The position numbers and the translations under genes are program-made. The notes beneath the pieces are model-generated. The model searched no databases. It saw only the letters and a list, made by a program, of their open reading frames with translations, and was not told the origin of the DNA. A DNA stretch of 64,000 nucleotides from an uncultured cyanobacterium (GTDB taxonomy: Bacteria > Cyanobacteriota > Cyanobacteriia > Phormidesmidales > Phormidesmidaceae), in the NCBI GenBank assembly GCA_963793265.1, contig CAWBZI010000006.1:608001-672000 (forward strand), in the 5' to 3' direction. Shown in pieces: positions 29,794 through 38,379 of this stretch (the stretch's first letter is position 1; each line of letters begins with the position of its first letter).

Positions 29794-31353
29794 CTAATTA
29801 ATATATTCAATTGGAATGTCCTTCCACTGTGTCAAGTGGTCGCACAGCCATTGAATCTCCTCGTCGCTAGCTCGCAGGCTCAGCCGTCCGGTGCCCGCAC
29901 CGTCATTACGAACAAAGTGAAAGTTTATCTGTCGCTGATTTCGACTTAGCCAAGGGCCTACTTGAATCAACTGCACCGCCATGTGAGAAAGCTGCGGGTC
30001 GCGATTCGAGCTATTTCCCTGGCTAACTAGGCTATCTGAATCACCTGCGGCTGAGAGCAAATCTAAGCTGAGCAGCAGAGGCCCGCCAGATGGAAACCAC
30101 AGCCCGATTTTTGCCAGTCCTTGATGGCTAAGCGCTCTTTTTTTCTTCTTTTTTGAACGGGGAAATGCAAAGGCTATAATCATAACTGCTAGCCAGAATC
30201 CTATCCAACCATAGGCCAGCAAAAGTAATATCAACACTGTGGGCGAAACAATGAAGATAAACTCTGAGAAAGTTGAACGAGCTTTTTCAGTGATCTTGCC
30301 TTTAATACGAGAACGAAAGAACGATATCTCAAGCTCCTGATCGTTTGAAGAAACGCTGAAATCGTTGAATGTTTTTTGTAAAAACAAAGGCAACTGACGG
30401 CGCGAGCTATCTCGTTTTGCCAGCGGCTCACCAGCGACTTCAGCAGCAGGTGCTAAGTCTACCTGTTCCGGTCGATCTAACTGTTGTAGCGCCTGCGTCG
30501 CAGAGGCCGTTCGCTGCGCCAAGTCGGCATACGTAAGCCGCCGAATCCACGCGGCAAACGGGGGAGAAAGCTGGGTGTGCGCCTCAAACTCTATTTGCAT
30601 ATTGGTCTGCGTTAGCGCCGCCGGATGCTGCCCCGACGACAGATAGATCAGCGTTGCACCCAAGCTGTACAAGTCTGAAGCCGGTTGCGCGCGGCCCCCA
30701 AACTGCTCAGGCGGCATATAGCCATAGGTGCCCACCACCGTCATCGTGCCCGTAGAGTGCATGGCCTGCACCGAGCCAAAATCTACTAAATACACGTGTC
30801 GGGGCGCATGGCTGATATGCTCACTCAACAGAATATTGCTCGGCTTAATGTCTCTGTGCACCACGGCAGGATGGCGGCTGTGGAGATATTGCAGAATGGT
30901 GAGTAGCGATCGCACAATCACCTTCAGCTCCTGCTCGCTAAACCGATAGCCCGACTCCACCCAAGCCTGCAAAGAGCGCGCTTCAATATACGTTTGCACC
31001 AGCACAAACCCAGCCCCCAAAGGCGTCTCCACCTCAAAAGACTCTAAATATTGAGGAATCGCCTGATGATCTAGCGACTTAAGCGTTTGCGCCTCGCGTT
31101 CAAACAGCTTCAAATCTTCCCAGGTAAAATCAGGCCCAAACAGCAGCAGCTTCACCACCACCTGAGACTGATTGCGCGTGTCTGTCGCCAAAAAAGTTCT
31201 GCGCCCCGTTTGTCGGCCCAGCAGCGATTCCAAACGATAGCGAGGTTCTTTTAAAGGAGCGCTCGAAGCAGTGTTCAAAGTATCACTTAGAAAGTCACCT
31301 GAGGGGCTAATCGTTTGGCCCAGCATCTCATCTGTCTTATCGACACGGTTCAT
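29794..31353 (-). CDS. Ser/Thr protein kinase K4 with two-TM C-terminal domain
   Basis: Same kinase motifs; start overlaps the upstream gene's stop. Confidence 0.93.
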   Translation of the reverse strand: MNRVDKTDEMLGQTISPSGDFLSDTLNTASSAPLKEPRYRLESLLGRQTGRRTFLATDTRNQSQVVVKLLLFGPDFTWEDLKLFEREAQTLKSLDHQAIPQYLESFEVETPLGAGFVLVQTYIEARSLQAWVESGYRFSEQELKVIVRSLLTILQYLHSRHPAVVHRDIKPSNILLSEHISHAPRHVYLVDFGSVQAMHSTGTMTVVGTYGYMPPEQFGGRAQPASDLYSLGATLIYLSSGQHPAALTQTNMQIEFEAHTQLSPPFAAWIRRLTYADLAQRTASATQALQQLDRPEQVDLAPAAEVAGEPLAKRDSSRRQLPLFLQKTFNDFSVSSNDQELEISFFRSRIKGKITEKARSTFSEFIFIVSPTVLILLLLAYGWIGFWLAVMIIAFAFPRSKKKKKRALSHQGLAKIGLWFPSGGPLLLSLDLLSAAGDSDSLVSQGNSSNRDPQLSHMAVQLIQVGPWLSRNQRQINFHFVRNDGAGTGRLSLRASDEEIQWLCDHLTQWKDIPIEYIN

Positions 31354-32042
31354 GTAAAAGTGTTGTTGGCCTTATTCCATTGAGAGATACGAGCGTGCAG
31401 CCAGCGGATTTCTTGACGAGAGCCGGTAATGCGCAGCTTGTTTTTGCCGTTGCGATCGCTCTCATGCAGCATCAGGCTCACCTGACCGCCCATCATATAA
31501 GTTCTAGCAGAGATCAACCTAACTGCCCGGTTCGCAAAATGAACGGTGGGCCTGAGGTGGCGCGGGCTACGTCCTCTAGCCGCCGGAAGCGTCGTCATCG
31601 TGAGCAGGGTGCGACCGTTAGGCGCATTCACAAATCTAAGCGTAACGAGGCGATCGCTCTCCTTATCTTGCTCCGACTTCACCACCCGGTACAGCACCGG
31701 CAGCGCAGCGGCCATCACCACCCCAAAAATAGCAGAGCTAGTAATCGCAACCGCGCCACCCACAATCGCTACCGTTGCGAGTGCAAAGCGCCAGCTCAGC
31801 CCCGAAGATTTTGTAGCTTCCTGAGGTGACGCGGTAAAGACTAAACCCTTGCGAACACGGCGCTGCTCAAACTGCACCTCTAAACCATAGGGCGTCGTAC
31901 GCAGCTTGAAGTCGGCTAGTGAGTTTTGCGGGCGAGTCGTGAGGCCAGCGCGAACGATTGTCAGGTTGGGCTGCGCCTCTAAAGAAGGAGGCTGAGAAGT
32001 TTGGTTGTATCGGTTCATAAAGGTAAAGAGACGCGATTTCAA
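31350..32042 (-). CDS. Membrane protein homologous to the kinases' C-terminal domain, with no kinase domain
   Basis: SLADFKLRTTPYGLEVQF...TM hairpin...LRITGSRQEIRWLHARISQWN aligns by eye with the K1-K4 tails. Start may be ATG 32018. Confidence 0.82.
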   Translation of the reverse strand: MKSRLFTFMNRYNQTSQPPSLEAQPNLTIVRAGLTTRPQNSLADFKLRTTPYGLEVQFEQRRVRKGLVFTASPQEATKSSGLSWRFALATVAIVGGAVAITSSAIFGVVMAAALPVLYRVVKSEQDKESDRLVTLRFVNAPNGRTLLTMTTLPAARGRSPRHLRPTVHFANRAVRLISARTYMMGGQVSLMLHESDRNGKNKLRITGSRQEIRWLHARISQWNKANNTFT

Positions 32043-32367
32043 TATAGGAGATCGCGCTGTAGATGATAGGTATTTTCGACAATCAATGTTTCAATTGAGA
32101 TGTTTCAACGGATAGTGCACTACCTAGATCTATTAAATTGATCTACTTAAATAGTCCATGGTACACACACATCATCGACAGAAAGTAGGTATAAAAAAAC
32201 ACATCTCACAAATACCCGGCAGATATGTAAAGACTGCTCAGCATTTCATGAAATCGGGAACTTACAGCGAGAGCGCCATTCGGAAGCAGAATAGCCCTTT
32301 CAAACGGAAGCCATCAGTTTGTATGCTAGGCATTCCACACCAGGCACCTCACACCAGGCTGAGCACC

Positions 32368-33219
32368 ATGCAAAACCCAAGCGATCGCCCTACACCTATA
32401 GATACGCTCATAGACTGCATTGCCCAAACCTTTATCATTGCCTACAAAGAGCCCACCGAGCAGCTCACAGCTACGCTCTCTGACTACGGCTGTCAGTGCA
32501 CCGTCCTCAGACAGGTGCATCAGCCTGGCTACGAAACCTACTCTCCTAGCTTTTTATGCCTGCTCAATCACCGCAGTGCCTGGGAGCTAGCCCTACGCTC
32601 CGAAAAACCCACGCTTATCGTAGAAGCCGACTTTGTACCTGTTAAAAACTTTGCCGAGCTACCGCCACCGTTCAATCCCGCAGATGACAAGATCGGGATT
32701 GCCTGGCTCTATACCTGCGCCGCTCAGGTCTACAACGTTTCAGACACTTACGCCCAAGGCTACTCTACGTCGATGGTAGCCTATGTTGTTACTGCCCAAA
32801 GCGCTCGATTGCTCATAGATTTAGCTGCCCAGGTCGAAAAAGATCCTGGCCCGAGAGCGTATTCACCTTGGGACTCTGGCATTGAATATTACTTAAGAGA
32901 TAAGAATCTGCACAACTATGTGCCCTTTCGCAACTATGGCGAACACGGCGGGCTTCCAAATCCTGAGCATGGCCGCAACAAACTCAGTAAGGCGCATAGG
33001 GCTGATGTGCTGTATGGCAAGCTGGCTTTTGCGCCGATGTATGCAGAGGTCGGCGGACAGGTGAATCGCTGGGCTTGGATGAAAGGAAGGGCGTACGGGC
33101 GGATTAAAGGATTTGGGAGATTGTTGTTGTTGAAGTATTTGCGGGGTGAGGTGGTGAAGAAGTCGGCGCAGGGAAGTGATTTGGTGAAGTGGGCGATCGC
33201 CCGACAAATTACCCTATAG
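32368..33219 (+). CDS. Putative glycosyltransferase (GT25-like, LPS biosynthesis type)
   Basis: CLLNHRSAW...LIVEADF...SMVAYVV resembles the GT25 pattern CxxSH/EDD/xxAY. Start taken at MQNPSDR. Confidence 0.65.
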   Translation: MQNPSDRPTPIDTLIDCIAQTFIIAYKEPTEQLTATLSDYGCQCTVLRQVHQPGYETYSPSFLCLLNHRSAWELALRSEKPTLIVEADFVPVKNFAELPPPFNPADDKIGIAWLYTCAAQVYNVSDTYAQGYSTSMVAYVVTAQSARLLIDLAAQVEKDPGPRAYSPWDSGIEYYLRDKNLHNYVPFRNYGEHGGLPNPEHGRNKLSKAHRADVLYGKLAFAPMYAEVGGQVNRWAWMKGRAYGRIKGFGRLLLLKYLRGEVVKKSAQGSDLVKWAIARQITL

Positions 33220-33233
33220 CAGAGCGCATATTC

Positions 33234-33710
33234 TTAATCGGCAAGCTTTTCTAATGCATTGCCTGTTACACGACATCCTGTCCATTCATCCATCAAAATA
33301 GCCCCGATTCGCTTATAAAAAGTGATAGCGCTTTCATTCCAATCGAGTACGCTCCATTCCAGCCGTCCGCAGCCTTTGCTCAGCGCATGATTCGCTAGAT
33401 ACTTTAATAGATCTGTTGCAATGCCCTGCCGACGATAGTCAGGCGATACAAAAAGATCTTCTAAATAGACACCTGGCTTCATTAAGAAGGTGGAGAAGTT
33501 GTAGAAGTACAGCGCGAACCCAGCCACTTTGCCATTTACTTCAGCCACAATCGCCTCTGCATAAGCAGGCGAACCAAAAAGCCCTTTATACAAATCGGCC
33601 TCAGTACCAACGAGTTCGTGAGCGAGCTTTTCATATTCGCTTAAGGCACGAATGAGTGAAAAAATATCGGAAACATCGTCGGGCGTTGCGATGCGTATAG
33701 TAGCGGCCAT
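33234..33710 (-). CDS. GNAT N-acetyltransferase (diamine acetyltransferase-like)
   Basis: NFSTFLMKPGVYLEDLFV..YRRQGIA; GRLEWSVLDWN. Confidence 0.93.
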   Translation of the reverse strand: MAATIRIATPDDVSDIFSLIRALSEYEKLAHELVGTEADLYKGLFGSPAYAEAIVAEVNGKVAGFALYFYNFSTFLMKPGVYLEDLFVSPDYRRQGIATDLLKYLANHALSKGCGRLEWSVLDWNESAITFYKRIGAILMDEWTGCRVTGNALEKLAD

Positions 33711-33743
33711 ATACTTTTTCTCTCTTTTCTTCTTTGTTTTTAA

Positions 33744-34085
33744 TTAAACTAATCGGCTAGTCACCTTACCAACAATCAGCGATCTATCAACTACGCCAAA
33801 AGAACGGCTATCAGTTCCCTCATTTTCGTTGTCGCTTATCACATAGCAGCCACCATCATAAAAGGTTTCGCGGATGCGCTTGACCATTCTTATATCAGTC
33901 TTAAAAGGATGAAAGCAAACAACGATATCGTTAGGTGAAAGTTGCGTAGCGCTGCTAACGGGTATGACTAAAACGTCTTCGCCTGATTTGATCGTGGGCA
34001 GCATGGAATTACCGGTCACGTGGAAGCGCCAGCGTTTACCCAGTACCCATAGGCCAATTTCTGACCAGTTGCGTTTTAGTTTCAC
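33744..34085 (-). CDS. sodX: NiSOD maturation protease (S26 family)
   Basis: VTGNSMLPT (catalytic Ser), MVKRI (Lys), SDN..GTDSRSFG; directly downstream of sodN. GTG at 34085 is the likely start. Confidence 0.9.
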   Translation of the reverse strand: MKLKRNWSEIGLWVLGKRWRFHVTGNSMLPTIKSGEDVLVIPVSSATQLSPNDIVVCFHPFKTDIRMVKRIRETFYDGGCYVISDNENEGTDSRSFGVVDRSLIVGKVTSRLV

Positions 34086-34086
34086 G

Positions 34087-34146
34087 GATCGGTAGATAGC
34101 AGATCGGTAGATGGCAGATCGGTAGATGGCAGATCGGTAGATGGCA
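34087..34146. repeat. Four tandem copies of the 15-mer GATCGGTAGAT(A/G)GCA
   Basis: Units begin at 34087, 34102, 34117 and 34132. Confidence 0.95.
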
Positions 34147-34160
34147 TACGCACATAGAAG

Positions 34161-34186
34161 AGGGCACAGCGATGCTGTGCCCCTAC
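34161..34186. repeat. REP-like palindrome with GTAG end
   Basis: Minus strand reads GTAGGGGCACAGCATCGCTGTGCCCT. Confidence 0.7.
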
Positions 34187-34226
34187 GGTTGATCGACCGG
34201 GCAATCAATTCAGTTAATCTGACAGA

Positions 34227-34700
34227 CTAGCTGGCGGTGTACCAGGACACATCACGGCTCTTAGTCTCCCAGAAGATGTTGTGAATCTTTTGAACGGCGT
34301 CCATTAGCTCTGAACAGTGCTGGTTACTAACTTCTACTTTACAAGCAGAGCAAGTTTTGGCTGCTTTCCAGAAAGTATCATGCAAATCAGGATACTTCTC
34401 TAGGTGAACGGGCTTGAAGTAGTCAGTCCAAAGAATCAACAGCTCATCTTTAGTGATTTGGGCCTGCTCTTCTTTGATGGCCACATAGCGAGACATGGTG
34501 TTTTGGTAAGTCGCCATAGCCTGCTGATCGCTGTCGTCTGGATGCTGCAAGTCGAGGATTTTCTTTGTCATCGAAACAACGGCTTCAGCAGCGATGCGAG
34601 CAGAAGACGGGTCGTAGACGCCGCAAGGGCCGTCGCAGTGGGCTTGCGCTTCGGGGGCGGGAAACTGGGCCTTAAGCGTGGAAATAACTGTGCTGAACAT
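34227..34700 (-). CDS. sodN: Nickel superoxide dismutase precursor
   Basis: Ni-hook HCDGPCGVYDP after an N-terminal propeptide; LWTDYFKP. Confidence 0.97.
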   Translation of the reverse strand: MFSTVISTLKAQFPAPEAQAHCDGPCGVYDPSSARIAAEAVVSMTKKILDLQHPDDSDQQAMATYQNTMSRYVAIKEEQAQITKDELLILWTDYFKPVHLEKYPDLHDTFWKAAKTCSACKVEVSNQHCSELMDAVQKIHNIFWETKSRDVSWYTAS

Positions 34701-34913
34701 AAGCTATGAGTATCAGGTGAACGGTGCCTTGAATTACCTTTTGTAAAATTGGCGTCAAGGTCATTACGAATTTAAGTATACCGCTCATGCTTTTCAAGTG
34801 GCACAACTATTAAAAAGGCCGCTGAAACGGTGTTCAGGATGACGGCGCTCATGTATTTTGTAGAACGCACGTATTCAATTGGGCGGCTCAAATTCAGCGG
34901 CGTTTACATCTCT

Positions 34914-35888
34914 ATGCAACGGTTTAAATGGTTTCAGTTGACGCAGCGCTGCGTGGTTTTTGCACTGGTTGTAACCGTTGCAGGCTGCGACTCGGCGGGT
35001 ACCGATTTTGCGAGCCTGCCGCCCTGTGTAGATAGCTACTGCGACTGTAGCGATTTTGCCAGTCAGGATCTGGCGCAGCTTGTTCTAGATTCTTTCATCG
35101 AGGACGAGTACGGGCTTGATCGCGATGGGAATGGGGCGGCCTGTGAAAGCTTGCCGCAGGTGGACTTGAGCGCGGACTGGGCGACCTACTTTTCAAATAG
35201 CGAGCATCTGGTATTTGGCAATCCGAGTAGTGCGGGCAAGGATAATTTAGACAACTACCTGATTGAGCGAGAGCAGTATGCGCTTTCGTATGACGCCTCG
35301 CGTAATGTTTTGAACTGGGCGAGCTGGTGGGTGGACGACCGCTGGCTGGGTCGTACGGAGCGGCAGGATGATTTTCGGCCTGATGGGGGGCTGCCGAAGG
35401 GGGTGTATCAGGTGACGCCGGGGGAGTATCGGCGCAGTGGATATGACAGGGGGCATATGGTGCCCTCGGGCGATCGCACCGCAAACCCCAAAGATAACTC
35501 CCTCACCTTCCTCATGAGCAATATCTTCCCACAGGCTCCTGAGAACAACCGCGGCCCCTGGCGCGAGCTAGAGCAGTACGGGCGCGATTTGGTGCGGGAG
35601 CAGGGCAAAGCAGTTTATGTGATTAGCGGTATTTATGGCGATAAGGGTGAGGTTGGGCGGGTGACGGTGCCCGGTCGGGTGTGGAAGGTGATGGTGGTGC
35701 TAGGTAGCCCGGATGATGAGGTGAGACGAGGGACTGAGGTGATTGCGGTGGACATGCCGAATAGCGATCGCGTTACCGAAGACTGGCAAACCTACCGCAC
35801 TACAGTAGACCGTATCGAAATTGCGACGGGTTACGATCTGCTCTCAGAGGTGTCTACAGGTGTCCAGGCGACTATTGAAAGCCGTTAG
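34914..35888 (+). CDS. nucA: DNA/RNA non-specific endonuclease (NucA-type) with lipoprotein signal and Excalibur-like Ca-binding domain
   Basis: YDRGHMVPSGDR, TFLMSNIFPQ, NRGPW; lipobox VAGC; CDCSDF...LDRDGNGAACESLP. Confidence 0.88.
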   Translation: MQRFKWFQLTQRCVVFALVVTVAGCDSAGTDFASLPPCVDSYCDCSDFASQDLAQLVLDSFIEDEYGLDRDGNGAACESLPQVDLSADWATYFSNSEHLVFGNPSSAGKDNLDNYLIEREQYALSYDASRNVLNWASWWVDDRWLGRTERQDDFRPDGGLPKGVYQVTPGEYRRSGYDRGHMVPSGDRTANPKDNSLTFLMSNIFPQAPENNRGPWRELEQYGRDLVREQGKAVYVISGIYGDKGEVGRVTVPGRVWKVMVVLGSPDDEVRRGTEVIAVDMPNSDRVTEDWQTYRTTVDRIEIATGYDLLSEVSTGVQATIESR

Positions 35889-35922
35889 TCTTTAACAGCC
35901 TCTGTTGTCGAAAAGTATTGAG

Positions 35923-36204
35923 CTAGTCGATCCAACGCCAAGAAGGCATTGGGTTGTCATTGGTAGATTCCGCTGTAGAAGACAGTGTTCTTTTAGGCGG
36001 CTGGCTAACGGCTGGCTCCTGTGAATTGACAGACACAGATAGATTTGCAAAGAGAATAGATATGAAGATACCAATGCCGACACCAATACCTAAAGCCCAG
36101 CCGTGAGAAGGTTCGAGCGTGCAGCATAGATGGCGATCGCCATCATAAACATGAACAGACCAGCCTTCGCTAGTAGGGGGCGGTGTGACCTTGAGCGTTT
36201 TCAT
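35923..36204 (-). CDS. Small hypothetical membrane protein
   Basis: ATG start, one TM segment (WALGIGVGIGIFISILF). Confidence 0.6.
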   Translation of the reverse strand: MKTLKVTPPPTSEGWSVHVYDGDRHLCCTLEPSHGWALGIGVGIGIFISILFANLSVSVNSQEPAVSQPPKRTLSSTAESTNDNPMPSWRWID

Positions 36205-36445
36205 GAAAACTTCTAATGTGAAAGATTTTCTTCATCATGCCTGAAATCTTTGAGCCGAACAGTCTCAGACTATAACAATCCTAAAATACAGAAATAAGCC
36301 GCCCGTATCAGTCGGCAGGGCCGCGCATGATTGTTGTTAACCGAGCAATCACAACAGTCCTGAGTGATTGCATGCAAACAAAAGAGAAATCGTCAAAAAA
36401 AGCATCTTTTTACATTTTTAGAACTTATTTTTTAGCTCGTTATAT

Positions 36446-36460
36446 ATAAGTTTTAATTAT
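36446..36460. promoter_or_regulatory. Possible LysR-type (CcmR/NdhR-like) box upstream of flv4
   Basis: ATAA-N7-TTAT dyad (T-N11-A) in an AT-rich promoter. flv4-flv2 is NdhR-repressed in Synechocystis. Could arise by chance in AT-rich DNA. Confidence 0.35.
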
Positions 36461-36561
36461 AAGGAAATTTTAAGATTGACATTTTACAGCTTATGAAGGC
36501 TACGCCAACATGAATGTATTGATAAATAGATAACGACCTCGTTACATAGGAGAAAAGTCCC

Positions 36562-38298
36562 ATGGTTGCACTGGTTGACACATCTCGTTCCATTCAGACT
36601 CACAGGCGTTTGACGCTGCAGGTGGCTGCGATTGCTGCTGATACAACAGCGCTACGCTGCTTAGACTGGGATCGTGAAAGATTCGATATTGAGTTTGAGC
36701 TTAAAAATGGCACAACCTACAATTCCTTTCTCATTCGCGGTGAAAAGGGTGCGCTGATTGACACCTCTCACGGTAAGTTCCAAGAGCAATACGTAGAGTA
36801 CATTATGCGGCATCTCAATCCGCAAGATATCACCTATCTAATTGTGAACCACACTGAGCCCGACCACAGCGGCCTGATCAAAGATATTTTGGCTTGGGCT
36901 CCTCATATTGTTGTTGTTGGATCTAAAGTAGCCATTAAGTTTTTAACGGGGATGGTTCACCAGCCCTTTAATACGCTCGTGGTAAAAAGCGGAGATACGT
37001 TAGATTTGGGTAAAGGGCACGAGCTATTGTTTGTCAGTGCGCCTAACTTACACTGGCCAGACACTATTTTTACCTACGATTCGCTGACGCGCGTACTCTA
37101 TACCTGCGATGTGTTTGGGATGCACTACTGTGATGACTTTCTCTTTGATGAGTCTCCCCATCTGCTAAGTGCCGATTTTCAGTATTACTATGACTGCCTG
37201 ATGGGGCCGAATGCTCGCTCTGTGCTGATGGCGCTTAAGCGAATTGCCAAGTTTCCTATTGATATTGTTGCAACTGGACACGGCCCCTTGCTAAAACATC
37301 ATCGGGAAAGTTGGATTGAACGGTACCGCACCTGGAGCGAAAGCCAGACCAAGGCAGAAACCTTTGTCGCGCTGTTTTATATGGAAGACTATGGCTATAG
37401 CGATCGCATCGTCAAAACCATTGCCGAAGGCATCACCAAAACTGGGGTAGAGGTGGAGCTAGTTGAGCTATCTGTCGCAGATTCGCATGAGGTGCGCGCG
37501 TTAGCTGATAGCGCTGCCGGTATTGTGATTGGGATGCCACCTCAGCAAAAGCAAGGTGCAGCAATGCACCCTGCTCTGAGTACGCTGCTGACATCGGTAA
37601 ATAAAAAACAAGCCGTGGGCCTGTTTGAAACGGGGGGCGGCCACGATGAGCCGATTTATCCGCTGCGCAATCAACTGCAATCGATGGAATTAAAGGAAGC
37701 TTTTCCGCCTATTGCGATTAAGCACGCGCCGGATGAGAGCACCGATCAGCTTTGCCATGAATCAGGCGTTGATTTGGGTCACTGGCTGACCAGAGACAAA
37801 ACGGTGCGGCAGAGCAAGCAGATGGATGCTAGCTTGAATCGAGCGCTGGGGCGAATTAGCAGCGGGCTCTATATTATTACCGCTCAAAAGGGCGATGTCT
37901 CTAGCGCGATGTTTGCTTCTTGGGTGATGCAGGCGAGCTTTGAGCCGCTGGGTATTGCGCTTTCTGTAGCGAAAGATCGGGCGATTGAATCGCTGTTGCA
38001 AAGTGGCGATCGCTTTGTGCTCAACATTTTAGAAGAAGGTCACTATCAGTCACTCATGAAGCACTTTTTAAGGCGTTTTCCGCCTGGGGCAGATCGCTTT
38101 AGCGGCATAGAAACGCATCCAGCGAAAAATGGCGCACCGATTTTGGCACAGGCTTTGGCCTATATAGAGTGCGATGTTACCAGCCGGTATGAATGCAGCG
38201 ACCACATGATTGTGTACGCCACCGTGCAAGCCGGACGCGTTGCCAAAAGAGATGGACTCACGGCGGTGCATCACCGCAAGGCAGGCAACCATTACTAA
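36562..38298 (+). CDS. flv4: Flavodiiron protein, Flv4 type
   Basis: RCLDWDRERFDIEFEL..GTTYNS, HTEPDH, HWPD; flavodoxin and flavin-reductase domains. Confidence 0.85.
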   Translation: MVALVDTSRSIQTHRRLTLQVAAIAADTTALRCLDWDRERFDIEFELKNGTTYNSFLIRGEKGALIDTSHGKFQEQYVEYIMRHLNPQDITYLIVNHTEPDHSGLIKDILAWAPHIVVVGSKVAIKFLTGMVHQPFNTLVVKSGDTLDLGKGHELLFVSAPNLHWPDTIFTYDSLTRVLYTCDVFGMHYCDDFLFDESPHLLSADFQYYYDCLMGPNARSVLMALKRIAKFPIDIVATGHGPLLKHHRESWIERYRTWSESQTKAETFVALFYMEDYGYSDRIVKTIAEGITKTGVEVELVELSVADSHEVRALADSAAGIVIGMPPQQKQGAAMHPALSTLLTSVNKKQAVGLFETGGGHDEPIYPLRNQLQSMELKEAFPPIAIKHAPDESTDQLCHESGVDLGHWLTRDKTVRQSKQMDASLNRALGRISSGLYIITAQKGDVSSAMFASWVMQASFEPLGIALSVAKDRAIESLLQSGDRFVLNILEEGHYQSLMKHFLRRFPPGADRFSGIETHPAKNGAPILAQALAYIECDVTSRYECSDHMIVYATVQAGRVAKRDGLTAVHHRKAGNHY

Positions 38299-38379
38299 TG
38301 CGCCAGTATCCATCTCACGCGCTTAAGCGCAATTCTCTCTCATATTCTGTTGTTTTACTGACCCCACAGGCTCTTTCAC

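Noticed and set aside
25132..31353. Diversity-generating retroelement acting on the kinase tails
   Set aside because: No reverse transcriptase and no template/variable repeat pair with adenine-specific differences was seen.
32158..32367. 70-aa N-terminal extension of the GT25-like ORF
   Set aside because: Looks like promoter/UTR sequence; the downstream ATG at 32368 is more plausible.
34087..34146. Possible CRISPR array
   Set aside because: The 15-bp units are contiguous with no spacers, and there are no cas genes.
34086..34208. N-terminal extension of SodX (AIYRS repeats)
   Set aside because: Made up of the tandem repeat and a REP hairpin; likely non-coding and open by chance.
36205..36445. 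Possible ncRNA upstream of flv4
   Set aside because: Only weak hairpins and no recognisable RNA family; cannot be supported without expression data.
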